Assembly (NCBI GenBank): GCA_963797095.1
Contig: CAWCNY010000002.1
Coordinates: 192,001 to 256,000, forward strand
DNA length: 64,000 nucleotides
Origin: an uncultured Chloroflexia bacterium
GTDB taxonomy: Bacteria > Chloroflexota > Chloroflexia > QHBQ01 > JADMIH01
Direction of reading: 5' to 3'
Below, one piece after another: positions 40,798-51,039 of the stretch. The first letter of the stretch is position 1. Each line of letters begins with the position of its first letter. The notes beneath the pieces were generated by a model that worked only from the letters and a program-made list of their open reading frames with translations, ran no database searches and had not been told where the DNA came from. The translations under genes and the position numbers were made by a program.

Positions 40798-41036
40798 TGC
40801 AGGTTTACCTCCTTTTCCTCTATCTTCTCCGCCGGGGTGGTTCGCTCTATCCTGGTAGCCTCCCCCAACTCATCAAGCGCGATGTGATCGTCATCGCTGA
40901 TGACGCTTTCGGTGGTATAGATCCGGGCGGTATGGTGAATCTCCTGCTCCGGCCTCTCCTCGCCGTCTTCGTGCTCCGCGATCGACCACGTCTCGGTTGT
41001 TATTACCGTCACGACGCGTCTGATGACTCGTTTCAT
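40794..41036 (-). CDS. Small acidic protein with repeated 'TTE' beta motifs
   Basis: 80 aa, translationally coupled to the next gene; -10-like TACAAT 6 nt before ATG. Confidence 0.65.
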   Translation of the reverse strand: MKRVIRRVVTVITTETWSIAEHEDGEERPEQEIHHTARIYTTESVISDDDHIALDELGEATRIERTTPAEKIEEKEVNLQ

Positions 41037-41100
41037 GGCTGAATTGTAGTAGAATAGAGGCAGGCAATAGTTAATCTTTTTCTACAAATCGGAACGAGCT

Positions 41101-44052
41101 ATGGGGCGTCACACATTCAGTAGCCCCGACGACTATACAATCGCCACGAAGTCCACAGGCGAGCTATTTTCCACATTTGGAGAATTCCTGCGCTATTTGC
41201 GTCGTGGGCAGCGTCTTACCCAGACCGACCTGGGGATAGCCGTTGGCTACAGCACCCAGCACATTCACTTGCTTGAGAGCGGCCAGCGGCTGCCCGATCC
41301 TACCACGGTTGCGGCGTTATTTGTGCCTGCCCTGCGCCTGGAATCGCACGCCGATATCGCAACTCGGCTCGTTGAATTAGCCAATGATGCCCGTGCGCTA
41401 GCGAGATCGGGCAGGCACGGGCGTACCACTCACACTGTAGGTGTGCAGAGGGAAGTGGTGCGCATCGAAACCACCGAGGAGATCGGTACTCTGGAGGACC
41501 CGCCTCCTATCCCACCGATGGCCGTGCAGCGTCCGGCGGCACTGGCCCGCCTCAGAGAGCGGTTATCGGTTGAGCGATTTCTGGTCCTGTCGGGTCTACC
41601 GGGTATGGGCAAGACATCGTTGGCAGCAACCCTTGCTCGTGAATATGCGAGTGCTAATCCTGTGTTGTGGCTCACCTTCACAGAGGGCGTCAATACCTCG
41701 CCGGATGCGCTGGTGCGGCAGCTTGCGCTCTTTGCTATCGCTTACTCTCTTGCTCCTGCTGCTCAGGTGTCGCAATTGATCGGGCGCGGCACCGATCCCC
41801 AACCGTTGTCTCTGGACAGGCAGGTGCTGCTTCTTGGCAGCGTGTTGAGCCAGCAGACTGCCGCTCCTGCTCTGCTCTGTTTTGACAATACCCACCTGAT
41901 CCTGGCGGATCAGCCTATGCTCAACCTGCTTACCCGCCTGATGGCTACATCGCCCGCATCTTTCCTCTTTGTCAGCCGCGAAGACCTGCCTGTGCCTGGC
42001 CTGGCCCATCTGCAACTGGATGGCCTGCAACGAGATGAAGCGGCTGAGTTTATGCAGCATCTTGTAGGCCCTGCGGGCGCTACCAATCGGGTAGAGCCGG
42101 AAGCCTTGCAGCACCGCAACTTATTTGATCGTCTCTACGAGCGAACGGCGGGTAGCCCCATGCTGCTGCGCCTTAGCCTGGGACAGATGATGGATCGACA
42201 CCTGGATGCGGCCAGGTTCATCGAGCAAATCGCCACCCAGCCCCAGATCGATTCGTATTTGCTTGGCACCATCATAAGCGGGCTTTCAACGTCCAGCAGG
42301 CGACTCGCTTCGCTGGTGGCGGTTCTTCGCAGGCCGGTCAATCTGTACGACCCCACGTTGGTTGATCTGATGCGGGAGGGCAAAATAGTTGGTGCGGGCG
42401 TAGAAGGTGAGGGTCTGCCCGGTGCGATGGCGGAATTGCAGCACCGCCATATACTCGATAGCCCAGGCCAGGCCGCTTTGCACCCTCTACTACGCGATTA
42501 CATGGCCGCAATCCTGGCTACGGACCCCGACCAATGGAAGAAGATGCACCTGCTCGCTGCCCGGTATTCTGAGCAGGGCCTCGGTGATATAGTTGAGGCC
42601 GCATATCACTATTGCCGGGCGAGCAAGCTTGAGGAGATGGCGGGCGCGCTGGCCGACCAGGGCACGGCTCTGTTCAACCAGGGCAAAGGCCAGGCAGCCC
42701 TGGAGGTGCTCGACGATGGGATCGCCCAGGCGCGCAGGAAGCGTACCGCACCGGCCGGCCTTTTGAGGCGGCTCCTTACAGTGCGGGGCGACCTTCTCGC
42801 CAGCAGCTTGCGCGCGGGCGAGGCCGAAGCGAATTACAGGGAGGCGCTGGCACTCGCGTTGCAGGAGGGAAGCGCCCCGCCTGTGCGCGCCCAGGTTATG
42901 ATGCGCCTTGCGTCTTGCCTGACACAGCGCAGCCACGCCCCTGAAGCGTTCGAGCTTTGCCGCCAGGGCCTTGAGATGCTTGGCCCCGGTGATACTCTGC
43001 TGGCCGCGCAATTGACAACCGTGCAATCGGGTGTGCTGGCGATTATGGGCCACTTCGAGGAGGCGGAGACCAGCGGTAAGCGCGCACTTGAGCTGAGCGA
43101 TGGGTTGATGCCTACCCTGCCCGACGTGGTGCTTGGCATCCGCGCACGCGTCTACAATGTACTTGGTATGGTAAGCGCCATCCGCCAGCGCCACGACGAT
43201 GCCTTACGCCACTGGTCGAGCGCCATCGAGGCGGCGCGGCAAGTGCAGTATGTACAATTGGAGTACAGATGCCGGGGCAATATGGGCAACGTCTTCTACG
43301 AGAAAGGCGACCTGGAGAGAGCAACCCAGTATTGCGCGGAGGCGGTTTTGGTGTTGCAATCGATAGGCGACGATTACGGGGCGGTGCGTTTTATGCACAC
43401 TCTTGGCAACGCCCAGTATATGCGCCACAGCCTGGATGATGCCATCAAGACGCTGGGCCAGGCAGCCGAGATCAAGGAGCGAATGGGCGACCGCCCTGGA
43501 CATGCGATCTCGCTTGCTATGCAGGGGATGGCGTTGCTGGCTCAAGGGCATGTGGCGCAGGCCCGAACTCGAGTAGAGGATGCTTTGCGCGCTTTGGAGG
43601 GCCTGGAGGCAACGCGTGTGCAGGGCTATGTGCTTATTATGCTGTGTGATACCCAGATCGCCTCCGGGGACCTGCACGGGGCGCGCGCCACGTTGGAGCA
43701 GGCCGAGCATCTGGCGGGTGCCGAAACCGATCTTAAATGGTTGGTTGACCTTCAAAATCACAAGGCGCTGGCGCTGTTGGCGGCGGGCGGCCTTGAGGCT
43801 GCGCGTATGATCGCGCCCCAAACGCCTTCGCCCGAAGCGGGTATGGAGGTCGCTCTGATGCATGATCTGATTGATGGCATGCTAGCTCATCTCTCCGGCG
43901 ATCCCGGTGCCGCCACGGCACTGTTCGAGCAGGTCGCAGTTCAGGCCCGCGAAGCAGGTTATTTGCTATACGAGGCCACTGCTGAACGCCTGCGCGATGT
44001 TCAAGCCTCCCAGGACACGCCCGCACAACTGGCAAAAGCCTTCTACTGCTAA
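41101..44052 (+). CDS. XRE-HTH / STAND (NB-ARC-like) ATPase / TPR regulator
   Basis: FGEFLRYLRR...LTQTDL...LESGQRLP HTH; GLPGMGKT Walker A; LLCFDN Walker B; GSPMLL; C-terminal TPR helices. Confidence 0.85.
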   Translation: MGRHTFSSPDDYTIATKSTGELFSTFGEFLRYLRRGQRLTQTDLGIAVGYSTQHIHLLESGQRLPDPTTVAALFVPALRLESHADIATRLVELANDARALARSGRHGRTTHTVGVQREVVRIETTEEIGTLEDPPPIPPMAVQRPAALARLRERLSVERFLVLSGLPGMGKTSLAATLAREYASANPVLWLTFTEGVNTSPDALVRQLALFAIAYSLAPAAQVSQLIGRGTDPQPLSLDRQVLLLGSVLSQQTAAPALLCFDNTHLILADQPMLNLLTRLMATSPASFLFVSREDLPVPGLAHLQLDGLQRDEAAEFMQHLVGPAGATNRVEPEALQHRNLFDRLYERTAGSPMLLRLSLGQMMDRHLDAARFIEQIATQPQIDSYLLGTIISGLSTSSRRLASLVAVLRRPVNLYDPTLVDLMREGKIVGAGVEGEGLPGAMAELQHRHILDSPGQAALHPLLRDYMAAILATDPDQWKKMHLLAARYSEQGLGDIVEAAYHYCRASKLEEMAGALADQGTALFNQGKGQAALEVLDDGIAQARRKRTAPAGLLRRLLTVRGDLLASSLRAGEAEANYREALALALQEGSAPPVRAQVMMRLASCLTQRSHAPEAFELCRQGLEMLGPGDTLLAAQLTTVQSGVLAIMGHFEEAETSGKRALELSDGLMPTLPDVVLGIRARVYNVLGMVSAIRQRHDDALRHWSSAIEAARQVQYVQLEYRCRGNMGNVFYEKGDLERATQYCAEAVLVLQSIGDDYGAVRFMHTLGNAQYMRHSLDDAIKTLGQAAEIKERMGDRPGHAISLAMQGMALLAQGHVAQARTRVEDALRALEGLEATRVQGYVLIMLCDTQIASGDLHGARATLEQAEHLAGAETDLKWLVDLQNHKALALLAAGGLEAARMIAPQTPSPEAGMEVALMHDLIDGMLAHLSGDPGAATALFEQVAVQAREAGYLLYEATAERLRDVQASQDTPAQLAKAFYC

Positions 44053-44203
44053 TGCAGATGGTGTGCGCAAAGCGTGCGGTTTGGCATTACGCCTGCCTTG
44101 CGTGCACATTCCCCAGGTGATATAGTATCTCAAGAGATTGCGCCCTAACAGGGCATTGTATGACCGTCTATCGGCGTTGATAACGGCCCGGAGGTATCTA
44201 CAA

Positions 44204-45679
44204 ATGAAAGCCGAGGAGATTGAGTGTACTGACACCGTCGCCACCCCTGCCCACCCTACCGCCCAACTTCGCAATCCCGATTTTCGCGACCGCGACCTGC
44301 GCGACCTGATAGTAGGGGGACATACTCTTGTCCCGACTCTCGACGGTAGCCTTCGCCCTTATATCAACCTCGACAACGCCGCCTCCACCCCCATCGCCCG
44401 CCCGATCAAAGCTAAAGTAGACGAATCGCTCGAATGGTATTCAGCAGTACACCGAGGCGCGGGCTTCAAGTCTCAAGTTTCTTCACTTGCCTACGAGCAC
44501 GCCCGCGATATCATCCTCGATTTTGTGGGCGCGGGCCACGGCGACCGCACCTGCATTTTCTTGCGCAACGCAACCGAGGCGATCAACAGGTGCGCCAACC
44601 GCCTCAGCTTTGGGTCGGGGGATGTGGTGCTCACCACCCTCATGGAGCACCACTCAAATATGCTCGTGTGGCGCAAACGCCTGTCCAACGTCCAGTATAT
44701 CGACATAGACGAGCATGGCGCACCCGTTATCTCCGATTTGATCGCCAGGCTGGAAGCCAACAAGGGGCATGTCAGGCTGGTGGCGGTTTCGGGCGGCTCC
44801 AACGTGACAGGGGTCATCCCGGATATTCACGCTATCGCACGTATCGTGCACGAAGCAGGCGCGCTCTTCCTGGTTGATGCTGCGCAACTGGCACCGCATC
44901 GCCCGATCAACATGGGCAAGGCGGGCACGCCCGACAGTATCGATTTCCTGGCGATGTCGGCCCACAAAATGTATGCCCCTCTCGGTAGTGGGGTGCTGAT
45001 CGGCCCAACCGAAGCCTTCACGGGGGGCACGCCCGACCTGGTGGGCGGTGGCACGGTCATCTTCGTTTCGGAAGAGAGCGTCATGTGGACTGAGCCTCCT
45101 GACAGCGAGGAGGCGGGAAGCCCCAACGTGCCCGGATCTATCGCGATGGCCGCCGCTGCTCGTTTCTTGCAGGACGACCTGGGATGGGACTGGCTGATCC
45201 AGCACGAACGCGACCTGACCTCCTACGCCCTCGCCAAAATGGGCGAGATCCCCGGTGTTAGCATAGTCGGCCCGAATGACCCTTCCCTTCCGGAAGATCG
45301 CCTGGGCGTGATCGCGTTCAACGTCGCCAACGTGAACCATTACCTGGTGGCCGCCGTTCTGAGCCACGAGTACGGCATAGGCACGCGTGTGGGCTGCTTC
45401 TGCGCCCACCCCTATCTTATCCACCTGTTCCACGTTTCGCAGGACGTTATCCACAGGTTGAGCGATGAGATAGGCCAGGGAGACAAGCGCAACTTCCCCG
45501 GCGCGGTGCGCATATCCTTCGGTTTCTACAATACGCGCGAGGATGTGGACGCTGCGGTAGAGGCACTCACACAGATCAGCCAGGGCAAGTGGCGGGGGCA
45601 CTACGTGCAGGATAAAAAGACCGCCGACTTCTCCCCTGTCGAGACCAGGACTTCTCCTGAGGGCTGGTTTACTTTCTAG
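44204..45679 (+). CDS. Class V PLP aminotransferase (cysteine desulfurase / selenocysteine lyase-like)
   Basis: NLDNAAST, MEHHSN, VDAAQ, SAHKMYAP, RVGCFCAHPY; RBS GGAGGT. Confidence 0.88.
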   Translation: MKAEEIECTDTVATPAHPTAQLRNPDFRDRDLRDLIVGGHTLVPTLDGSLRPYINLDNAASTPIARPIKAKVDESLEWYSAVHRGAGFKSQVSSLAYEHARDIILDFVGAGHGDRTCIFLRNATEAINRCANRLSFGSGDVVLTTLMEHHSNMLVWRKRLSNVQYIDIDEHGAPVISDLIARLEANKGHVRLVAVSGGSNVTGVIPDIHAIARIVHEAGALFLVDAAQLAPHRPINMGKAGTPDSIDFLAMSAHKMYAPLGSGVLIGPTEAFTGGTPDLVGGGTVIFVSEESVMWTEPPDSEEAGSPNVPGSIAMAAAARFLQDDLGWDWLIQHERDLTSYALAKMGEIPGVSIVGPNDPSLPEDRLGVIAFNVANVNHYLVAAVLSHEYGIGTRVGCFCAHPYLIHLFHVSQDVIHRLSDEIGQGDKRNFPGAVRISFGFYNTREDVDAAVEALTQISQGKWRGHYVQDKKTADFSPVETRTSPEGWFTF

Positions 45680-45689
45680 CCTCGTTTGT

Positions 45690-47117
45690 ATGACCGATCT
45701 TGCTTCTTTGTCGCAGGATGCCCACCGCCCACGCTATCATTTCCTGCCGCCAGCCAATTGGCTGAACGATCCCAACGGTCTCATCCATTGGAAGGGCGAA
45801 TACCACCTCTTTTATCAGTACAATCCATACAACCCCTGGCATGAGCTTATCCATTGGGGCCACGCTGTTAGCCCCGACCTCGTTCACTGGACACACCTTC
45901 CCGTTGCGCTCGCTCCTACCCCGGACTCCCCCGACCAGGATGGTTGCTTCTCAGGCTGTGCGGTGGACCATGACGGCGTCCCGACCATCATCTTTACAGG
46001 TGTTCGCGACGGCGACCAGCTCCCATGCCTTGCCACAGGGGACATCAACCTACGCAGCCTCCACAAATACCCTGGCAACCCCTTAATCGCCTCCCCACCC
46101 CCCGACCTTGACCTGGTGGCCTTTCGCGATCACTCGATCTGGAAAGAAGATGATGGCTGGTATCAGCTGATCGGTTCCGGGCTAAGGAATACCGGCGGCA
46201 CCGCCCTTCTCTATCGCTCTCCCGATCTGATCAACTGGGAATATCTTCATCCCCTCTACATAGGCGATCTTGATCCGACAACGCACATCTTTACAGGCTC
46301 GATGTGGGAATGCCCTGATTTCTTCCCACTTGGTGACAAGCATGTTCTGTCGGTCTCTGTCCTGGATGGCGACCGGCTACACTTTGCCATCTATTTCGTC
46401 GGCACGTACGCAGGCCATAAGTTCACGCCCATAGATCTCCACAAGCTCGACTGCGGCCGCAGCTTCTATGCGCCTCAGTCTTTCACCGATCAGAATGGTC
46501 GCCGCATCATGTTTGGCTGGTTGCGTGAAATGCGAGATGATGCGGCGCAGGTCGCCGCCGGGTGGTCGGGTGTCATGTCCCTTCCCCGCGTCCTCTCTCT
46601 GCGCTTCGATGGTATGCTTGATATACGGCCCGCGCCCGAACTTGAAACCTTGCGCGGTCGCCATTACCGTTTGAGCGACCTTTACCTTACCCAGGAGCAT
46701 ACACCTCTATCCTCGGATGCCCATGGCGATACCCTTGAAATCTCCGCCGAGTTTGAGCCTGGTGACGCCATTGAGGTTGGTCTTACAGTTCGTTGCTCGC
46801 CCGATCGTGCTGAACAAACGCGCATCTATTACAACTGCGCTCAAGAGCGACTCTATTTGGACAGCACAAATTCAAGCCTGGACCCTTCTACTCATGGCTC
46901 TCAACATAGCAGCCCCCTCTCGCTTGCATCAGGAGAGACTCTCCATCTGCGGGTCTTCCTCGACCTCTCCGCAATAGAAGTCTTCGGCAATGATCGTGTA
47001 TGCCTCACGGACCGCATTTACCCTACCCGGCGGGACAGCCTTGTCGTAGAGTTGCTGGCGCGTGACGGTATCGCCAACCTCAAATCCCTGGACGTTTGGC
47101 AGATGGTCGCCATCTGA
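45690..47117 (+). CDS. Glycoside hydrolase family 32 (beta-fructofuranosidase)
   Basis: WLNDPNG, WGHAVS, FSG, FRD, MWECPDF, FYAPQ. Confidence 0.92.
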   Translation: MTDLASLSQDAHRPRYHFLPPANWLNDPNGLIHWKGEYHLFYQYNPYNPWHELIHWGHAVSPDLVHWTHLPVALAPTPDSPDQDGCFSGCAVDHDGVPTIIFTGVRDGDQLPCLATGDINLRSLHKYPGNPLIASPPPDLDLVAFRDHSIWKEDDGWYQLIGSGLRNTGGTALLYRSPDLINWEYLHPLYIGDLDPTTHIFTGSMWECPDFFPLGDKHVLSVSVLDGDRLHFAIYFVGTYAGHKFTPIDLHKLDCGRSFYAPQSFTDQNGRRIMFGWLREMRDDAAQVAAGWSGVMSLPRVLSLRFDGMLDIRPAPELETLRGRHYRLSDLYLTQEHTPLSSDAHGDTLEISAEFEPGDAIEVGLTVRCSPDRAEQTRIYYNCAQERLYLDSTNSSLDPSTHGSQHSSPLSLASGETLHLRVFLDLSAIEVFGNDRVCLTDRIYPTRRDSLVVELLARDGIANLKSLDVWQMVAI

Positions 47118-47136
47118 CTCGTTACAAGGAAAGCCG

Positions 47137-47189
47137 CCCGCCCTGGCTTGTCATCCTTCACTTCGTTCAGGATGACAAGCCAGGGCGGG
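47137..47189. repeat. REP-like palindrome with 21-bp stem (GTCATCCT...AGGATGAC type)
   Basis: CCCGCCCTGGCTTGTCATCCT-TCACTTCGTTC-AGGATGACAAGCCAGGGCGGG. Confidence 0.75.
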
Positions 47190-47351
47190 GTATCCTCATA
47201 CATTTTCGCTTGCATAACATTCAGGGCTGCATATTAGCTCTCGGTCGGCAGGCATTGACTTGGCAAGAATGCTGTTCGTACGGGAATCGTGGTAACCCTC
47301 ACCCGCCATCCGTCGTATAATAGGTACACGAGCCAGGTGAGTTCCCTATCA

Positions 47352-48533
47352 ATGAAGACCATTTTCTCCCGAAAACTGCGTGTATTTACTGCCCTCTTGC
47401 CGGCGATGGCACTCGCTATCAGTGTTGCGGGCTGTAGCCTTACCGATCTTCCTCAGCCTGGGGCTAATGCCACCCACGGTTCAGTGGCCGCAACTCCTGT
47501 GGGCAGTACTCAAGCTATTCCTACCTCCATTCCTACCCCCGTTTCTTCTGCGGGTGCGGCCTGGCAGGTGCCCGCCGAGCAGCAAGCTACGGTCAAGGTG
47601 GTTGAGAAGGTAGCACCAGCAGTTGTGACGGTAGTCAACCAACTCGCGCCGCAGGGTGGACTTATAGGCGAATCGCGTGGCTCCGGAGTGATTATTGATA
47701 CAGATGGACGCATCATCACCAATAACCACGTAGTAGAAGGTGCTACTGCCGGCGGACTACAGGTGATCTTCTACGACGGCGACACCGCGCCCGCTACCCT
47801 TCTGGGCACCGACTCGCTGAGCGATATAGCCGTTCTGAAGGTGGATCACGGTGTAGATGCTGTGGCCGACCTGGGCGACTCGTCCACCCTCAAAGTAGGC
47901 GAAACGGTGATCGCTATCGGCTCGGCGCTGGGCGACTTCCAGAACACCGTCACGGTGGGCGTGGTGAGCGGCCTCAACCGCACCCTCCAACGCGACGATG
48001 GCACCAACATGGAGAACATGATCCAGACCGACGCCGCGATCAACCACGGCAATTCAGGCGGCCCGCTCCTCAATCTTTCCGGCCAGGTGATCGGCATCAA
48101 TGCCGCCGTGGTGCGTGGTGGTGACAGCAGCGGCGACGTGGCCGAGGGCCTTGGTTTCGCGATCCCTGTCGATACAGTCAAGACGGTCTCGGCGCAGTTG
48201 ATCAGCGCTGGCAAGGTGGTTCGCCCGTTCCTGGGCGTGCGCTCCGCCCCTATAAACCGGGCCATAGCTTCCTACTACGACCTGAAGGACGAAAACGGCG
48301 ATGTGCTCACTTCAGGCGCACTGGTGGATGCTGTAACCCCTGGTAGTGCAGCCGAGCAAGCAGGCATCAAGCCGCTCGACGTGATAATGAAGGTGGATGA
48401 CTACACCCTGGACGAAGATCACCCGCTGGTGAACGTTCTTACGAACTTCCAGCCGGGCGATACCATTACCCTCCAGATTGTGCGAAATGGTAAGCGTCTT
48501 GTGATGGACGTTACGCTTGGCACGCGCCCATAG
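47352..48533 (+). CDS. HtrA/DegP-family serine protease with PDZ domain (lipoprotein)
   Basis: TNNHVV, DIAVLK, QTDAAINHGNSGGPL; lipobox VAGC. Confidence 0.92.
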   Translation: MKTIFSRKLRVFTALLPAMALAISVAGCSLTDLPQPGANATHGSVAATPVGSTQAIPTSIPTPVSSAGAAWQVPAEQQATVKVVEKVAPAVVTVVNQLAPQGGLIGESRGSGVIIDTDGRIITNNHVVEGATAGGLQVIFYDGDTAPATLLGTDSLSDIAVLKVDHGVDAVADLGDSSTLKVGETVIAIGSALGDFQNTVTVGVVSGLNRTLQRDDGTNMENMIQTDAAINHGNSGGPLLNLSGQVIGINAAVVRGGDSSGDVAEGLGFAIPVDTVKTVSAQLISAGKVVRPFLGVRSAPINRAIASYYDLKDENGDVLTSGALVDAVTPGSAAEQAGIKPLDVIMKVDDYTLDEDHPLVNVLTNFQPGDTITLQIVRNGKRLVMDVTLGTRP

Positions 48534-48553
48534 CCTTCTTTCCCATAGTTTTC

Positions 48554-50854
48554 TTGTATTTTGAATTGTATGCGATCTCCGTGTTGAAAAAGCAAAATGC
48601 CCTGTTCTGGGCTAATGTTGCCGTCATTTTCGTACTGGCGATTGCGGTTCGGTGGGCTTACTGGGCCGATGCACGTATGTACGCTGTCGGCGCTGACGAG
48701 CCCGATTATGTTGTTCCGGCTCAGCAGTTCGCACGCGAAGGCCGGTATGTAGACACCTATATCTCGCGTGACCGCATCTGGACCCGTGTTCCACTCACGT
48801 CCATCTTCTTCTCGGCGTCCTTCCTCTTTGTGCCCGACCAGGCAGCCGCCACCGCCGAGGGTGATGACGCCGCCCTCATGGAGCCGCGCTACGACGCACT
48901 CAATATCGCGCAGATCATCATCAGCCTTGTTACCGTGGTGGTCACTATGGCCCTTGCCTATCGGGCCTTCCCTCGCAAGGCGCGTGGGGCCGCGCTGGTC
49001 GCGGGCTACATATCGGCCCTTTACCCACCCCTTGCTTCAAGCCCGGCGCAGCGCGCCCTCTCGGAGCCGCTTTCGATAGCGGTCATTTTCGCCGCCATTC
49101 TTGCGCTCAACTATTGGTCTCCTGCAAGTTCCTGGAAGCGCAGGCTGGCTCTCGCTGCTCTGATTGGGCTATTGTTGGGTGTGGGGGCGCTGGTGCGCTC
49201 GGTAGCGGTGGCATATCTCCCGTTCGCTTGCCTTTATTTCTTGTGGGTGCACAGAGTGTGGAGAAACGACGAAGGACGAAAGACGAAGGACGAAGAAGAG
49301 CCCCAGGAGGCAAGGCCAAGGCAACCTGGCAACGTCCGTCCTTCCTCCTTCGTCTTTCGTCGTCCTTCGTCTTCCGCCGTCCTCGCGCTCGTCGTCTGCT
49401 TCGCGGCTATCGCTCCCTGGACTTACTACAACTACACTCAGTACAAGAGCTTTCTGCTGTTGGAGACAGCCAACACTACCGCTTACTGGCACTACCACAA
49501 CTTCCGGCGCGAGAACGAGGACGCGATCCTCCGCCAGTATCCCAATCCAGCCGACCGCCTGTCGGTCATCGTGAGCCGTGGCACGACCAACATTCTTGAG
49601 TACCCTGACCAGGCTATCGGTACATCTATCTTCGCCTTCTTCTACACGTGGCACCTTGAGCTTAACTCGGCGGTCCTTATCAATACATGGGACTTCACCC
49701 AGCGCGACCCCGATGTGCCCGACCTGCTGCACGCCGATGCCGCCTTCATCGTGCTGGGCCTAGTAGGGCTGGCTGGGCTGGTGGGGGTTGGCTTGCGCCG
49801 GCCTGCGGATACTGCCGGCCGCACGCTTCTTGCCAACAACCTGTGGCTGCTCGCTATGCTACTCCTGGGCATCGTCGTCCCTTATGATGCTCGCTACCGC
49901 CTGCCTGCTGCCCCCTCGCTGATCGTGCTGGCGGCGGGCCTGCTGGTGTCCGCAGATTGGCGCTCGGTGTTCCGCCCGCGCCTCGCCTGGGGTTTGCTTC
50001 GACGCCACCCGGTGGTGGCGTTCTCCACTCTTTTGCTTTGCTTGTGGGTGCTGATCGGCGCATACAATCCCAGCATCCCGCCTCTGTTGCGTAGTCTGTA
50101 CCAGGCGTGGCGCGGAGATACGGCGTCGTCGCAGGCGGAGGCCATAGGGCGCTACCAACTTGCCGAGCAAGCTGACCCCACCTTCTACTGGGCCTACCGT
50201 CACGAGGCAGACGCTCTGCGTGCTTTCCACGACGATGTTATGGCACGCGCTCTTTACGGGAAGGCACGAGACCTCAACCCCGACGATCCTTACGCCATAC
50301 TTGGGTTCGCCGACCTGGTGGCGCGCCACCCTGAATGGGAGTTGACAGGCACCGAACATGCCTGGGTCGCCCGTGACGAGTCGGAGTGGAGGGGCAATCC
50401 CTGGAATAGCTTTGATCCCAGTCCCACAAGCGAAATAGATGTGGGCACGGGTCGCGATATCCCCTACATCCTCGGCTTCTACCGTCCCGACCGAGAGCCG
50501 GCCATAGACTACAGGTGGAGCATGGGCCGCTCGCACATACGCATACCTGTCCATCAGGACAATAGCACTCCTCCAAAAGCGGTTACGCTACGCATGAGCG
50601 CCCCCGCCGTCGGCCCATCAGAGCCAATGCTCGTCACGATCAACGTTGATGGCGTTTCCAGTGAGTTCACTGTTCCTGTGGGGTGGACTGATTACACCGT
50701 TCCCTTGCCTGCTACCCCTTCGCCCGGCTCGATGATCAATATCACCCTACAAAGCCCCACCCGCGATCTCTCCATACTCCAACCCGGCTCTAACGACACA
50801 CGGAAGCTGGGCGTGGGGCTGGATTGGGTTACTCTATCAACATCCGCACCCTGA
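48554..50854 (+). CDS. GT-C fold (PMT/GT39-like) membrane glycosyltransferase with TPR-like and C-terminal beta domains
   Basis: GADEPDY first-loop motif, many TM segments, ALYPP, LSEP, APWT, RYRLP. Start uncertain. Confidence 0.7.
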   Translation: MYFELYAISVLKKQNALFWANVAVIFVLAIAVRWAYWADARMYAVGADEPDYVVPAQQFAREGRYVDTYISRDRIWTRVPLTSIFFSASFLFVPDQAAATAEGDDAALMEPRYDALNIAQIIISLVTVVVTMALAYRAFPRKARGAALVAGYISALYPPLASSPAQRALSEPLSIAVIFAAILALNYWSPASSWKRRLALAALIGLLLGVGALVRSVAVAYLPFACLYFLWVHRVWRNDEGRKTKDEEEPQEARPRQPGNVRPSSFVFRRPSSSAVLALVVCFAAIAPWTYYNYTQYKSFLLLETANTTAYWHYHNFRRENEDAILRQYPNPADRLSVIVSRGTTNILEYPDQAIGTSIFAFFYTWHLELNSAVLINTWDFTQRDPDVPDLLHADAAFIVLGLVGLAGLVGVGLRRPADTAGRTLLANNLWLLAMLLLGIVVPYDARYRLPAAPSLIVLAAGLLVSADWRSVFRPRLAWGLLRRHPVVAFSTLLLCLWVLIGAYNPSIPPLLRSLYQAWRGDTASSQAEAIGRYQLAEQADPTFYWAYRHEADALRAFHDDVMARALYGKARDLNPDDPYAILGFADLVARHPEWELTGTEHAWVARDESEWRGNPWNSFDPSPTSEIDVGTGRDIPYILGFYRPDREPAIDYRWSMGRSHIRIPVHQDNSTPPKAVTLRMSAPAVGPSEPMLVTINVDGVSSEFTVPVGWTDYTVPLPATPSPGSMINITLQSPTRDLSILQPGSNDTRKLGVGLDWVTLSTSAP

Positions 50855-51039
50855 CTACTGCACCAAGGAATGTGCAACATCTCGAATACTAGATGAATGC
50901 CCGCAAATATACGATCTGGTTCTAAAATAGCCATTTTGGCTATTTTAGAAAGCCCATCCAATATTCCAGGGCACAAGGAAAGAAGTGGGCGATCCACTGC
51001 CCACACTGTACAATAAGAGCAGAAAGGTGGTGATCCAAG

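Noticed and set aside
44654-45601. 315-aa antisense ORF and other long antisense ORFs (1534-2259, 51758-52711)
   Set aside because: They lie opposite well-supported genes and have no recognisable motifs.
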